From contig CAWAMW010000002.1 of the NCBI GenBank assembly GCA_963783305.1, positions 256,001 to 320,000 of the forward strand: a stretch of 64,000 bases of DNA, given 5' to 3'. Below are positions 29,188-38,573 of this stretch, in pieces. The stretch is from an uncultured Gemmatimonadales bacterium. Its GTDB lineage: Bacteria > Gemmatimonadota > Gemmatimonadetes > Longimicrobiales > RSA9. The stretch's first letter is position 1; each line of letters starts with the position of its first letter. Below the pieces are notes generated by a model. It ran no database searches. It worked only from the letters and a program-made list of their open reading frames with translations, and was not told the origin of the DNA. Both the position numbers and the translations under genes were made by a program.

Positions 29188-30174
29188 TCAGACCTCGCCC
29201 GGTCCCGGGATGGTCGCCTGGCGGAGCAGCCACGCCGCCAGCTTGTCCGTCGGGTCCACCGCGGCCGCCGGCTCGCCCGCCGCCGCCGCCACCCGACCGG
29301 CCACCGCGCCGTCCAGCACCTTCAGCAGCTCGAGGTCCGACTCCTGGCGCGCAACGCTCAGCCGGCCGACCGGCCGGCACCGCTCCTCGGGCACCGACTC
29401 CAGCTTCAGCTGACCCGGGCCATCCTCCTCCGGCTGGTACCGGAACGCCGCGCCATCCGTCACCACCGCCACCGCCGCCGGGCCCTCCCAGGTCTTCAGT
29501 GCGCTCAGCGCATCGGCGTCCGCGCCCTGCACCACCAGCGTGCCCGGCGTGATCAGCCGCGAGAGCGCCGCCGGCGGCGCCGGCCTGCGGACCAGCAGCA
29601 CGATCGCCTGCGCACCCTCGAGCAGGTCCACAAGCCCCGCCGGACGCAGGTCCGACCCGTCCACCTCCACTACCAGCGGCGGCGCCACCGTCCGCTCCGC
29701 ACGGTTCCACAGCGCCGGATCGAAACCGTCCGCGTAGTCCGCCGACGGCACGCCGGCGCGCGCGTTCTCCACCGCTCGGCCCGCGCCGAACGCGCGCCCC
29801 GCGGACGCGAGGGCCCGCCGGACCGTCTCCAGCAGGTCACCGCCCGGGACCACGCGCACGGTGTGCAGGTTGTCGCCCTCACGCAGGATCGACGTCAGCA
29901 CCTTGAGCGCTTCCCCGATCCGGTCCAGCGAGTCGCTGTCCATGGCCTGCTGGTCGGAGAACAGCGACTCGAAGCGCTCCGTGTCGATACGACCCGCCGC
30001 GAACGCGCCCAGCTCCGCCGCCGCCCGCTCGCCCTTCTTGGCGTGCTTCGGCGAACGCTGACTCTCCAGCAGCGTGCGGACCTCGTCCACGGCCGTGGCC
30101 ACCGCCGACCGGTACGACTCGCGGCGATCCCCGAGCGCCTCGAGCGCGCTCTCCCTCAGCTCATCAAACGGCAT
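29188..30174 (-). CDS. Hypothetical protein, apparent degenerate homolog of the PFOR C-terminal (TPP-domain) half
   Basis: Operon-embedded, overlapping korB. By-eye similarity to the neighbouring PFOR without the GDG motif or Fe-S Cys motifs. Confidence 0.75.
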   Translation of the reverse strand: MPFDELRESALEALGDRRESYRSAVATAVDEVRTLLESQRSPKHAKKGERAAAELGAFAAGRIDTERFESLFSDQQAMDSDSLDRIGEALKVLTSILREGDNLHTVRVVPGGDLLETVRRALASAGRAFGAGRAVENARAGVPSADYADGFDPALWNRAERTVAPPLVVEVDGSDLRPAGLVDLLEGAQAIVLLVRRPAPPAALSRLITPGTLVVQGADADALSALKTWEGPAAVAVVTDGAAFRYQPEEDGPGQLKLESVPEERCRPVGRLSVARQESDLELLKVLDGAVAGRVAAAAGEPAAAVDPTDKLAAWLLRQATIPGPGEV

Positions 30175-31111
30175 AGTTGTCGAGCTCCTGGTTCAGACGA
30201 CCGATCTTCTCCTCGGCTGAGAACTTCGGCAGCCGGCGCGTCTCCTCGTACACCGGCCGCGTCTCATCCCTGAAGAAGATCCCGAGCGGGACCCGGCCGC
30301 TCTCCTCGGCGATCACGCGCGCCATGTCGATGTCCTTCGGGTCGTGGTGCCTGTGGTTCTTGTACAGACCGTGGATCTCCGGCACGTTGATGCCGTCATC
30401 GTGCACCAGCAGCTCCACCGCGTCCGGGTTTCGCACCGCATCCTGGAAGATCGGCGCGGTGAACTTCGGACACCGCTGGAGGATCCGGACGAAGCCCAGC
30501 CCCTTGTGCCGGTGGGCGGCCCGCAGCGTTGCGTACAGGTGCTGGGGAATCCACTCGGCGGTCTGCGCGACGAAGCTCGCGTTCGTGAACCCGAGCAGGT
30601 TCTCGATGGGGTTCAGCGCCGGCAGGTAGCTGCCCCGCGGCTGCGTGTTGCTCTTGAAGCCCTGCGGCGTGGTGGGCGACGTCTGCATCTTCGTCAGACC
30701 GTAGATGTTGTTGTCCAGGATCACCGCCGTCATGTCCATGTTGTAGCGGACGGCGTGGAGCCAGTGCCCGGCTCCGATGGACGTGCAGTCGCCATCGCCC
30801 ATCACCACGAAGACGTTCAGGTCGGGGCGGTTCAGCTTGATCCCCTCCGCCACCGGCAGCGCCCGTCCGTGGATCCCGTGGAACCCGTAGGTCCGCATGT
30901 AGTGCGGGAACCGGCTCGAGCAGCCGATCCCTGACACGAACATGGTCTCCTCGGGCTTCAGCTGCTCCTCGCTCAGCAGTTTCTGATAGGCCGTGAGCAC
31001 CGCCATGTCACCACACCCCGGACACCACCGCGGGAGCGCGCCCTCGTAGTCCTCCATCCCGAAGACACGGTCATCCGTGGCCGCGTGCAGGAGTGAGCAG
31101 GTCGCGATCAT
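30164..31111 (-). CDS. korB: 2-oxoacid:ferredoxin oxidoreductase beta subunit
   Basis: PRWCPGCGD, SGIGCSSR, HGRALP, GDGD, DNNIYGLTKMQTSPTT, ILQRCP. Substrate not established. Confidence 0.9.
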   Translation of the reverse strand: MIATCSLLHAATDDRVFGMEDYEGALPRWCPGCGDMAVLTAYQKLLSEEQLKPEETMFVSGIGCSSRFPHYMRTYGFHGIHGRALPVAEGIKLNRPDLNVFVVMGDGDCTSIGAGHWLHAVRYNMDMTAVILDNNIYGLTKMQTSPTTPQGFKSNTQPRGSYLPALNPIENLLGFTNASFVAQTAEWIPQHLYATLRAAHRHKGLGFVRILQRCPKFTAPIFQDAVRNPDAVELLVHDDGINVPEIHGLYKNHRHHDPKDIDMARVIAEESGRVPLGIFFRDETRPVYEETRRLPKFSAEEKIGRLNQELDNYAV

Positions 31112-33048
31112 GCCGCACCTCCCTTCGACTTCTTCGTGGTTCGCCGTCCGCTCGAGCTCAGCTTCCCGTCCCGCACCAGCCGGCTCACGATCGCTTCGTG
31201 GATTACCTTCGGCCGCAGCGGCTCGCCCAGCACCCGCGTCCACGAGTCCACGTCCACCAGCGTCCGCCCCCGGAGCAGCCACGCCAGCTGGCCGTAGCGC
31301 CGGTTGTCATCCGTGATGTACGGGTCGCCCGCATCGTCGCTGTAGTTGATCTCCACCGTCATGACCCGGTCGAACTTCTCGAAGATCTCGCGGAGCCCGG
31401 GCTCCATGGGCGACAGGAACCGCAGGTGGAGCGACGACACCGAAAGCCCCTCGTCGCGCGCCCGGTCCACGGCCTCCTCGATCGCCCCCTTCGTGCTCCC
31501 CCACCCCACCACCAGGAGGTCGCCCTCCTCGTCCCCATGCACGTCCGGCTTCTTCAGCGCCTGCTGGAGCACCGCCAGCTTCCGGCTCCGCATCGCCGAG
31601 CTCCGCTGGTTGATGTCGCTCGCGTACGCCACCTTGCTGTTCTCGTCGTGCGCCAGCCCCGTCACCGTATGCATGCCGTTCGGCTGGCCCGGAATGAACC
31701 GCCGGCTCAGCCCCGTCTTCGGGTCCCAGTCGTACGGCCTCAGCCCGTCCGGGATCGGCGACTGGTCGAACGGGCCCGCCATCCAGCTCAGCTGCGGGTC
31801 GGGCCGCGGGAACGGCTGTACGCCCGTCGCCAGGTTGGCGTCCGTCAGCACCATCACCACCATCCGGAAGCTCTCCGCGATCCGGCGCGCGGTGACCATG
31901 GCGTGGAAGCACTCCTCGATGGTCGCCGGCGCCATCACCACGTGCGGCGCGTCCCCCGGCTGACCGTGGATCGCCGCCAGCAGGTCGCTCTGCTCCACCT
32001 TGGTGGGCAGCCCCGTGCTCGGGCCGCCGCGCTGCACATCCACCAGCACCAGCGGGATCTCCGTCATCATGGCAAGACCCAGGAACTCCGTCTTCAGCGC
32101 CAGACCCGGCCCCGACGTGATCGTCCAGGCCACCTTCCCGGAGTAGGAAGCGCCGATGGCCACGCCCGCCGCGGCGATCTCGTCCTCCGCCTGATGCAGG
32201 GTGCCGCCGAATCGCTCGTACATCTCGCCCAGCTGGTGTGACACCGACGTGGCCGGCGTGATCGGGTACATGGCCGCCAGATCCATCCCCGCCGCCACAC
32301 CGCCCAGCGCGATGGCCTCGTTCCCGTTCATCACCACCATCGCCTGCGCCTGCGCTTCCGGCGTCACGTCCACCCGGAAGTCCAGGTTCTCCGACGCCCA
32401 GTCCCACCCCAGCTGCACCAGCTGATGGTTCTTGTCCGTGATCTCCTGCTTCTTGTTCCGGAAGGCGTACGCGATCTGGTCCCGTACGATCTGCATGTCG
32501 CGGTCGTAGATCCACGAGAGGATCCCGAGCACGAACATGTTCTTCCCTTTCCGGGGATCGTCCACCACCGTCTTGCAGATCTCGTCCATCGGGATCTCGA
32601 TCACACGGTAGTTCTTCGGCGAGATCTCCTTCATCGCCGCGACCCACTGCTTGCGGATCGTCTCATCCGGGTGGTCCTTCCACCGGTTCTCCAGCAGCAC
32701 CACCGCATTGTCGGTCAGCGCGTCCACCCGGTGTCGGTTCAGCAGCACCTGCTCGTTGAACGCCACCACCAGGTCCGTGGAGTCCCCCCAGTTGCTGATG
32801 TGACCCCGACCGATCCGGATTCGGTTCCCGCTCGCGCCCGCGGGGATCCGTGGCGGTGGCTGGATCTCCGCTGGGATCAGCTCCACCGTCCATACGCCGT
32901 TGCCCATCTTCGCCGATACCGCACCGAAGATCTGGCCGCACTTCTGCGCGCCTTCCCCCGGATCGGATACGATCTCGATGGTGTGCTCCCGGGCGTCCAC
33001 CACTCGTGGCTTCCGCGTCCGCTTCGTCTCTTTTGTTACGGTCGTCAT
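31108..33048 (-). CDS. korA: 2-oxoacid:ferredoxin oxidoreductase alpha subunit (gamma-alpha fusion)
   Basis: GEGAQ, KNMFVLG, MNGNEA, YPITPAT, QAEDEIAA, TSGPGLALK, VQRGGPSTGLPTK. Confidence 0.92.
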   Translation of the reverse strand: MTTVTKETKRTRKPRVVDAREHTIEIVSDPGEGAQKCGQIFGAVSAKMGNGVWTVELIPAEIQPPPRIPAGASGNRIRIGRGHISNWGDSTDLVVAFNEQVLLNRHRVDALTDNAVVLLENRWKDHPDETIRKQWVAAMKEISPKNYRVIEIPMDEICKTVVDDPRKGKNMFVLGILSWIYDRDMQIVRDQIAYAFRNKKQEITDKNHQLVQLGWDWASENLDFRVDVTPEAQAQAMVVMNGNEAIALGGVAAGMDLAAMYPITPATSVSHQLGEMYERFGGTLHQAEDEIAAAGVAIGASYSGKVAWTITSGPGLALKTEFLGLAMMTEIPLVLVDVQRGGPSTGLPTKVEQSDLLAAIHGQPGDAPHVVMAPATIEECFHAMVTARRIAESFRMVVMVLTDANLATGVQPFPRPDPQLSWMAGPFDQSPIPDGLRPYDWDPKTGLSRRFIPGQPNGMHTVTGLAHDENSKVAYASDINQRSSAMRSRKLAVLQQALKKPDVHGDEEGDLLVVGWGSTKGAIEEAVDRARDEGLSVSSLHLRFLSPMEPGLREIFEKFDRVMTVEINYSDDAGDPYITDDNRRYGQLAWLLRGRTLVDVDSWTRVLGEPLRPKVIHEAIVSRLVRDGKLSSSGRRTTKKSKGGAA

Positions 33049-33507
33049 CACCGACCTCGGATGAGGGTCCTCACAATCTTCGACTCCAATATGACCCCGT
33101 CGGGGAGGTGCCACTGTCGGGGTCGGGTGGGAATTCTCGTGGGGAGAGGACGGTATTGGAGGGTAGGGGATTTCCCCAGGCGCCCTCAGGAAACGGCCTA
33201 CGAAACGCTCACGATGACGGGAACCACACTACACGGCGCTGCCGTTGTCCGCCCCGTCCGGGGTCGGACGGGGAGAGAACAACGGGCTCCGTCCACCCAG
33301 GAGGCTTCCGCCCCGCGGTGGCGGCACCCTGGCGACAGGGCGGATGATCACGTAGAGGGAGGATGCATCACGGGGAAAGCCGGGCGGCTGGAGGCCGCCG
33401 CCGTGAGCACCGTCCTGCAGGGTACACGGGGGCCGGTGCGGATACACCGGGGCGCGCGGGCCGGAACGGCCCCGCGGGTGAGAAGAGGCGGGGGACCCGC
33501 CCGGGTC

Positions 33508-33726
33508 CTACTTGTGCCGGTAGACGATGCGGCCGCGCGTGAGGTCGTACGGGGAGAGCACCAGCGTCACACGGTCGCCCGTGAGCACACGGATCTTGAA
33601 CTTCGACATTTTCCCCGCGGCGTACGCCAGCACCTCGTGGCCGTTCTCCAGCTCCACTCGATACATCCGGTCCGGGAGCACGTCCGTCACGACGCCCTCC
33701 ATCTCGATTCCTTCCTGTTTCGCCAT
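33508..33726 (-). CDS. infA: Translation initiation factor IF-1
   Basis: [18 protein letters not shown]...GKM...IRVLTGDRV...[13 protein letters not shown]. Confidence 0.97.
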   Translation of the reverse strand: MAKQEGIEMEGVVTDVLPDRMYRVELENGHEVLAYAAGKMSKFKIRVLTGDRVTLVLSPYDLTRGRIVYRHK

Positions 33727-33803
33727 ATCGCCTGTCTCGTTTGATTGATACTCCGGGTCCGCTCCTCATACCCGGGGCGACCCCATCCGTTCGTCCGGCT
33801 CGC

Positions 33804-34013
33804 TCAGCCCACCTTGGCCACGTTCTCCGCGGCCGGACCCTTCTCGCCCTGGACCATGTTGAACTCCACCCGCTCGCCCTCGGCCAGCGATTTGAACCCC
33901 TCGCCCTGGATCGCCGAGTGATGCACGAAGCAGTCCCTCTCGCCCCCCTCGGGCTCGATGAATCCGAAGCCCTTGGCGTCGTTGAACCACTTCACCGTTC
34001 CCTGCGTCCGCAT
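33804..34013 (-). CDS. cspA: Cold shock protein
   Basis: [43 protein letters not shown]. Confidence 0.95.
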   Translation of the reverse strand: MRTQGTVKWFNDAKGFGFIEPEGGERDCFVHHSAIQGEGFKSLAEGERVEFNMVQGEKGPAAENVAKVG

Positions 34014-34174
34014 GATCGTCGTGCTCCCGATTTCCGGTCCAAAAAGAAAAGCGACCCCGGGCCAACCGCTCACCCCAGATCGCTAGACTCACGGGTTCCC
34101 GCCTGCCGCCCGGACGATCCTCTCGTCCGCGCCAACGTTAGGCGGTGCCCGTAGTGGAGTCAAGAACGCCCGCC

Positions 34175-34759
34175 CTACCCGGTGATCGTCACGGGGACCG
34201 GGTTGGTCAGCCGCACCTCCTGCGTGTCCCGGATGCGGTTGATCACGCGCTTGAACCAGTTGGGCGGCCGTTTCTCACCCCCGTGCTCCATCACGATCCG
34301 GGCGACCCGGAGCACGTCCGCGTTGCTCATCCGCACGCACCCGTGGGACGCCGCCTCCCCGAGCTCGGAAACCGAGCGCGTGCCGTGGATGTAGAAGGTG
34401 GGCGCCCTGAAGAACATCTTCACGCGACCCATGGGGTTGTTCCACCCTGGGCCCACCGGCTTCTTGCCCCGCGCCCAGTCCGAGTCGGGCGGGTTCCAGC
34501 TCGGGTTCCACACCATCCAGTCGATCTGGTAGGATCCCGTGGGCGTCGGGTGCGCCGAAGACCCCACCGTGACCGGGTGCGTCTGTGTCACCACCCCGTT
34601 CTCCACCACGGACAACGTCCGCTCCGACAGGTCGACCTCCAGCCGCAGGGTCGCCGAAGGCAGCCCGGTCGAGGACGATCTCGGCGTCGAGAACGCAAGC
34701 AAACCCACCGCGGCCGCCAGAACCACCGCCATTATTCCGAGAATGAAACGTTTGCTCAC
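34175..34759 (-). CDS. L,D-transpeptidase (YkuD family)
   Basis: N-terminal signal/TM, PTPTG, NPMG, IHGT...SHGCVRM. GTG start at 34759 follows a GGAG; ATG at 34786 is an alternative. Confidence 0.92.
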   Translation of the reverse strand: MSKRFILGIMAVVLAAAVGLLAFSTPRSSSTGLPSATLRLEVDLSERTLSVVENGVVTQTHPVTVGSSAHPTPTGSYQIDWMVWNPSWNPPDSDWARGKKPVGPGWNNPMGRVKMFFRAPTFYIHGTRSVSELGEAASHGCVRMSNADVLRVARIVMEHGGEKRPPNWFKRVINRIRDTQEVRLTNPVPVTITG

Positions 34760-34982
34760 TGTTTGCTCCGTCCGTGATCTCGCCATAGGTCCCCTTTTCA
34801 CAACGGCTTACAGTGCACGAAAGGGGCCACGGATACCGGCAGCGCGCGGCCGCCGTTGCACCGCTCCACGCACCATCGCGACCGGGTATTTTGCCCCTCT
34901 GAACGACGGTGATACGAGGAGGGTCGGCCGACCTGGGTGTTACCGCTCGCCCACGGAACACCTCTTGCCCCCGCACGAACCC

Positions 34983-35366
34983 ATGGAAATCCATCTGAGC
35001 ACCGACGAGAGTATCCGCCTCACCGATAGCGGCCCAGGGCTCGCGTTCGAGCCGGGCGAGGCGGAATCGCTGTCCCCGTTCCATCTGCTGGCCGCCTCGC
35101 TCGCCACGTGCACCTATTCAGTGCTCCAGAGCTACGGGCAGCACGCCAGGCTCCCGCTGGACTCCCTCGCCATCGATGTGGCCTGGACGCTCGGCGGGGA
35201 CCCGTTCCGCGTGATCGACATGGAGATGGTCCTGCACTGGCCAGGCCTCCCCCCTGCGCGGCGAGAGGCGGCCCGACGCGCGGCTGCCCACTGCACGATC
35301 CACCAGACGCTGGGCCACGACCTCGAAGTCCGCACCCTCGTGGACGAGCCCGACGCCAGCCCGTGA
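34983..35366 (+). CDS. OsmC family protein
   Basis: SPFHLLAASLATC...AAAHCTIHQTL two-Cys pattern. Confidence 0.8.
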   Translation: MEIHLSTDESIRLTDSGPGLAFEPGEAESLSPFHLLAASLATCTYSVLQSYGQHARLPLDSLAIDVAWTLGGDPFRVIDMEMVLHWPGLPPARREAARRAAAHCTIHQTLGHDLEVRTLVDEPDASP

Positions 35367-35749
35367 GCCCCGACGCCGGCTCCAGCCCATGGACCGTGGT
35401 CTACGACGGCCGGTGCCGCGTCTGCATCCGGTCCGTGAACCTGCTCCGCGACTGGGATCGCTACGGCCGCTTCGAGCTGGTCGCCTACCAGTCCGCCGGG
35501 GTGCCCGAGCGGTTCCCCCGGATCGCGCCGGAGGAGTTCGAGGCCTCCGTCCAACTGATCGGCCCGCGCGGCGAACGCCTCCAGGGACCCGATGCGGTGG
35601 AAAAGATCCTCCAGCTCACCCCCCGGACCCGCCCCCTCGCCTGGCTCTTTCGCGTCCCCCTCGTCCGCCCCCTCGTACGACGCGCGTACCACCTCTTCGC
35701 CCGCAATCGCGGCTTGTTCGCCTGCGATGAGCACTGCGGCATCGTCTGA
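35363..35749 (+). CDS. DCC/DUF393 thiol-disulfide oxidoreductase-like protein
   Basis: VVYDGRCRVC motif and C-terminal AYHLFARNR. GTGA overlap with the OsmC gene. Confidence 0.88.
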   Translation: MSPDAGSSPWTVVYDGRCRVCIRSVNLLRDWDRYGRFELVAYQSAGVPERFPRIAPEEFEASVQLIGPRGERLQGPDAVEKILQLTPRTRPLAWLFRVPLVRPLVRRAYHLFARNRGLFACDEHCGIV

Positions 35750-35836
35750 CGCCGCACCCACGCTGGCCCGCCGGACCCCCGGCAGCGTAGTATCCCGGGA
35801 AATGCGTGAATCCTCCGAACCCGGAGCCATACGACG

Positions 35837-38503
35837 ATGGCCATGCCCGACCGCCCCGCTCTTCGTTCCCCATCCACACGCTCGACCGCCGCGCTCTTCC
35901 TGCTGACGGCGGCCGCCCTGCTCCTCCCCGCCGGGGCCGCGGCGCAACACGCCCTCGCCGCGGGTGGAAGCTACGACCCGGCGGTGCCAACCCCCGCGAG
36001 CGTGCTCGGCTACGAGCTCGGGGACCGGTTCACACCGCACCACATGATCGCCCGGTACCTGGAGGCGGTGGCGGCGGCGAGCCCCCGCGTGCGATTGGAT
36101 ACGGCCGGGTACAGCTTCGAAGGGAGGGAAGTCTTCCTCGCGGTGATCACGAGCGCTGCCAACCAGGCACGCATCGAGGAGATCCAGGCGGCGGCCCGGC
36201 GGCTGGCGGACCCGCGCGGCGCGTCCCGCGCCGGGCTGGACCGCGACATCGCCTCCACGCCGGCCATCGTGTGGCTCGGCTACACCATCCACGGCAATGA
36301 GGCCAGCGGCGTCGAGGCGGGGCTCGCCACGCTGTACCAGCTCGCGGCGGGAACGGATGCGGAAACTCGGATGATGCTGGACAGCACGGTCGTCCTGATC
36401 GATCCGGTCCAGAACCCGGACGGGCACGAGCGCCACGTGCAGGACGTCATGCGCGATCTCGGCGCGTTCGGACCGGACCCGTACCCCGCGGCCATGGTCC
36501 ACGGCGCCGCCTGGCCGGGCGCCCGCACCAGCCACTACCTGTTCGACCTGAACCGGGACTGGTTCCTCCACAGCCACCCCGAGACCGCGGCCCGGACCCG
36601 CGCGTTTCTGGACTGGGCCCCGCACGTGGCGGCGGACCTCCATGAGATGGGCTCCAGCTCCACCTACTTCTTCGCGCCACCCATGGAGCCGTACAACCCC
36701 AATGTGCCGCCGTCCATCCCGGAATGGTGGGACATCTTCGCCGCCTCGAACGCCGAGGCCATGGCCGCCCGAGGCTGGGGCTTCTTCACCGCGGAGAGCT
36801 TCGACGAGTTCTACCCCGGCTACGGCGTCTCCTGGCCAGTCCTCACCGGCGCCATCGGGATGACCTACGAGCAGGGCTCCAGCGGCGGCGGCGCCATGCG
36901 CCGCGACGACGGCACGGTCCTCACGCTCCGCGAGGCCGCGGCCCACCACTACACCACCAGCATGGCGACTGTGAGGACCGCGGCGGCCCGCCGCATGGCA
37001 CGGGTCCGCGACTACACCGAGTTCCGACGGACCGCCATCACGGAGCGCGAGGGCGCGCCCCTCCGCACCATTGTCCTGGAGCCGGACGCCCAGGGCCGCG
37101 CGCGCGAGCTGGTGGACGTGCTGCTGGGCAATCGTATAGAGGTCGGCCGGCTGGAGCGCGCGGCGGAGATCACCGCCACGCCCTACGGCGAAGCCGACCG
37201 CCGCCGGGTGCGTCTCCCGGCGGGCGCCTGGGTCATCGACCTCGCCCAGCCCCAGGGCCGCCTCGCGAAGGCGATCCTGGAGCCCGACGCCGCGCTCCCC
37301 GACGCCTTCATCGAAGAAGAGCTCGCGGCCCGGCGGGAGGGCCGCTCCGACCGGTTCTACGACATCACCGCATGGTCCCTTCCCCTCACGTTTCGGGTCG
37401 ACGCCTGGTGGACGGGGGACAGGATCGGCGGCGTCGCGCCGGTTTCCATGGAGACCGCGGCCGGAGCGCCCGTCCATGGTGCTGTAGCCGCCCGGCCCGA
37501 GCCGGCGCGCTACGCCTACGTCTTCGAGCCCGGCTCGGAAGCGTCCTACCGCATGCTCGGCGCGCTGCTCGCAGACAGCGTCCGCGTCCGGCACGCCCCC
37601 GCGGCGTTCCGGGTCGGTGGGTCGGACTTCCCCGGGGGTGCGTTCGTCGTGCTGGTCCACCGGAACCGAGGCGATTCTGACGTCGACCTCCACCAGCGCG
37701 TGGGTGACCTGGCCGAATCGACCGGCGCCCGGGTCACGGCCGTCCACACCGCGCTCGTGGAGAGCGGCCCCGACCTGGGCAGCAACAGCGTGCGTATGAT
37801 CCCACCGGCCCGCGTGGCGCTGGTGGGCGGCCCCGGCATCTCCTCCTACTCCTTCGGCGCCGCCTGGTACGCGTTCGACCAGCGCCTGCGGTTCCCTGTC
37901 ACGCGGGTGGAGCTCGCCGACCTGACTCGTTCGCTCCCCGACTTCGATGTCGTCGTTTTGCCCTCGGCCTGGAGCCTGACCGGCACGGTCGACGACAGCG
38001 ATGTCCGAGCTCTCGAGAGCTGGGTGCGCGATGGCGGCACTCTCGTCACCCTCGACGCCACCACGGCGTGGCTCGCGGCACGGCCGGACTTCGGCCGCCT
38101 CGGCACCCGCGCCGATACCCTTCGCGAGAAGGGACGGGACGTCCAGGCGTCCGTCCCCGGTGCCATCGTCCGCGCCACCGCCGACACGCTGTCCCCGCTC
38201 CTCGCTGGGGTCAATACCGGCGAGATCCCGGTGATGCTTTCGGGGAGCGCGGTGTTCGAAGCGCCCCACGACGTCCGCCCGGGCGAGGTGGTGCTGCGGT
38301 ACGCCGAGCCGGACCGCCTCCGTATGGCCGGCTACCTCTGGCCGGGAGTGGCCGAGCGCGTCGCCGGCGCCCCCGTCGTGTGGACCGAGCGGATCGGGTC
38401 GGGTCGCGTCGTCGCCTTCGCGAACGACCCCACCTTCCGCATGCTCTGGCACGGCATGCTCCCGCTGTTCGCCAACGCCGTCTTCCTCGGGGGCAGCTTT
38501 TGA
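35837..38503 (+). CDS. Secreted M14 zinc carboxypeptidase family protein (copy 1)
   Basis: Signal peptide, IHGNEASG, QNPDG, DLNRDW, DLHEMG, FDEFYPGYG, MTYEQ. Confidence 0.9.
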   Translation: MAMPDRPALRSPSTRSTAALFLLTAAALLLPAGAAAQHALAAGGSYDPAVPTPASVLGYELGDRFTPHHMIARYLEAVAAASPRVRLDTAGYSFEGREVFLAVITSAANQARIEEIQAAARRLADPRGASRAGLDRDIASTPAIVWLGYTIHGNEASGVEAGLATLYQLAAGTDAETRMMLDSTVVLIDPVQNPDGHERHVQDVMRDLGAFGPDPYPAAMVHGAAWPGARTSHYLFDLNRDWFLHSHPETAARTRAFLDWAPHVAADLHEMGSSSTYFFAPPMEPYNPNVPPSIPEWWDIFAASNAEAMAARGWGFFTAESFDEFYPGYGVSWPVLTGAIGMTYEQGSSGGGAMRRDDGTVLTLREAAAHHYTTSMATVRTAAARRMARVRDYTEFRRTAITEREGAPLRTIVLEPDAQGRARELVDVLLGNRIEVGRLERAAEITATPYGEADRRRVRLPAGAWVIDLAQPQGRLAKAILEPDAALPDAFIEEELAARREGRSDRFYDITAWSLPLTFRVDAWWTGDRIGGVAPVSMETAAGAPVHGAVAARPEPARYAYVFEPGSEASYRMLGALLADSVRVRHAPAAFRVGGSDFPGGAFVVLVHRNRGDSDVDLHQRVGDLAESTGARVTAVHTALVESGPDLGSNSVRMIPPARVALVGGPGISSYSFGAAWYAFDQRLRFPVTRVELADLTRSLPDFDVVVLPSAWSLTGTVDDSDVRALESWVRDGGTLVTLDATTAWLAARPDFGRLGTRADTLREKGRDVQASVPGAIVRATADTLSPLLAGVNTGEIPVMLSGSAVFEAPHDVRPGEVVLRYAEPDRLRMAGYLWPGVAERVAGAPVVWTERIGSGRVVAFANDPTFRMLWHGMLPLFANAVFLGGSF

Positions 38504-38573
38504 GGCTGGCCGACCGCCGCTCCCACGCCGTACCTTGCCTGCCCGTTCCCAACCAAAACACAGGTAGCCATCC

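Noticed and set aside
33370..33390. GGGGAAAGCCGGGC resembling the RNase P RNA conserved region I
   Set aside because: Mismatches GAGGAAAGUCC and no 3' conserved region was found.
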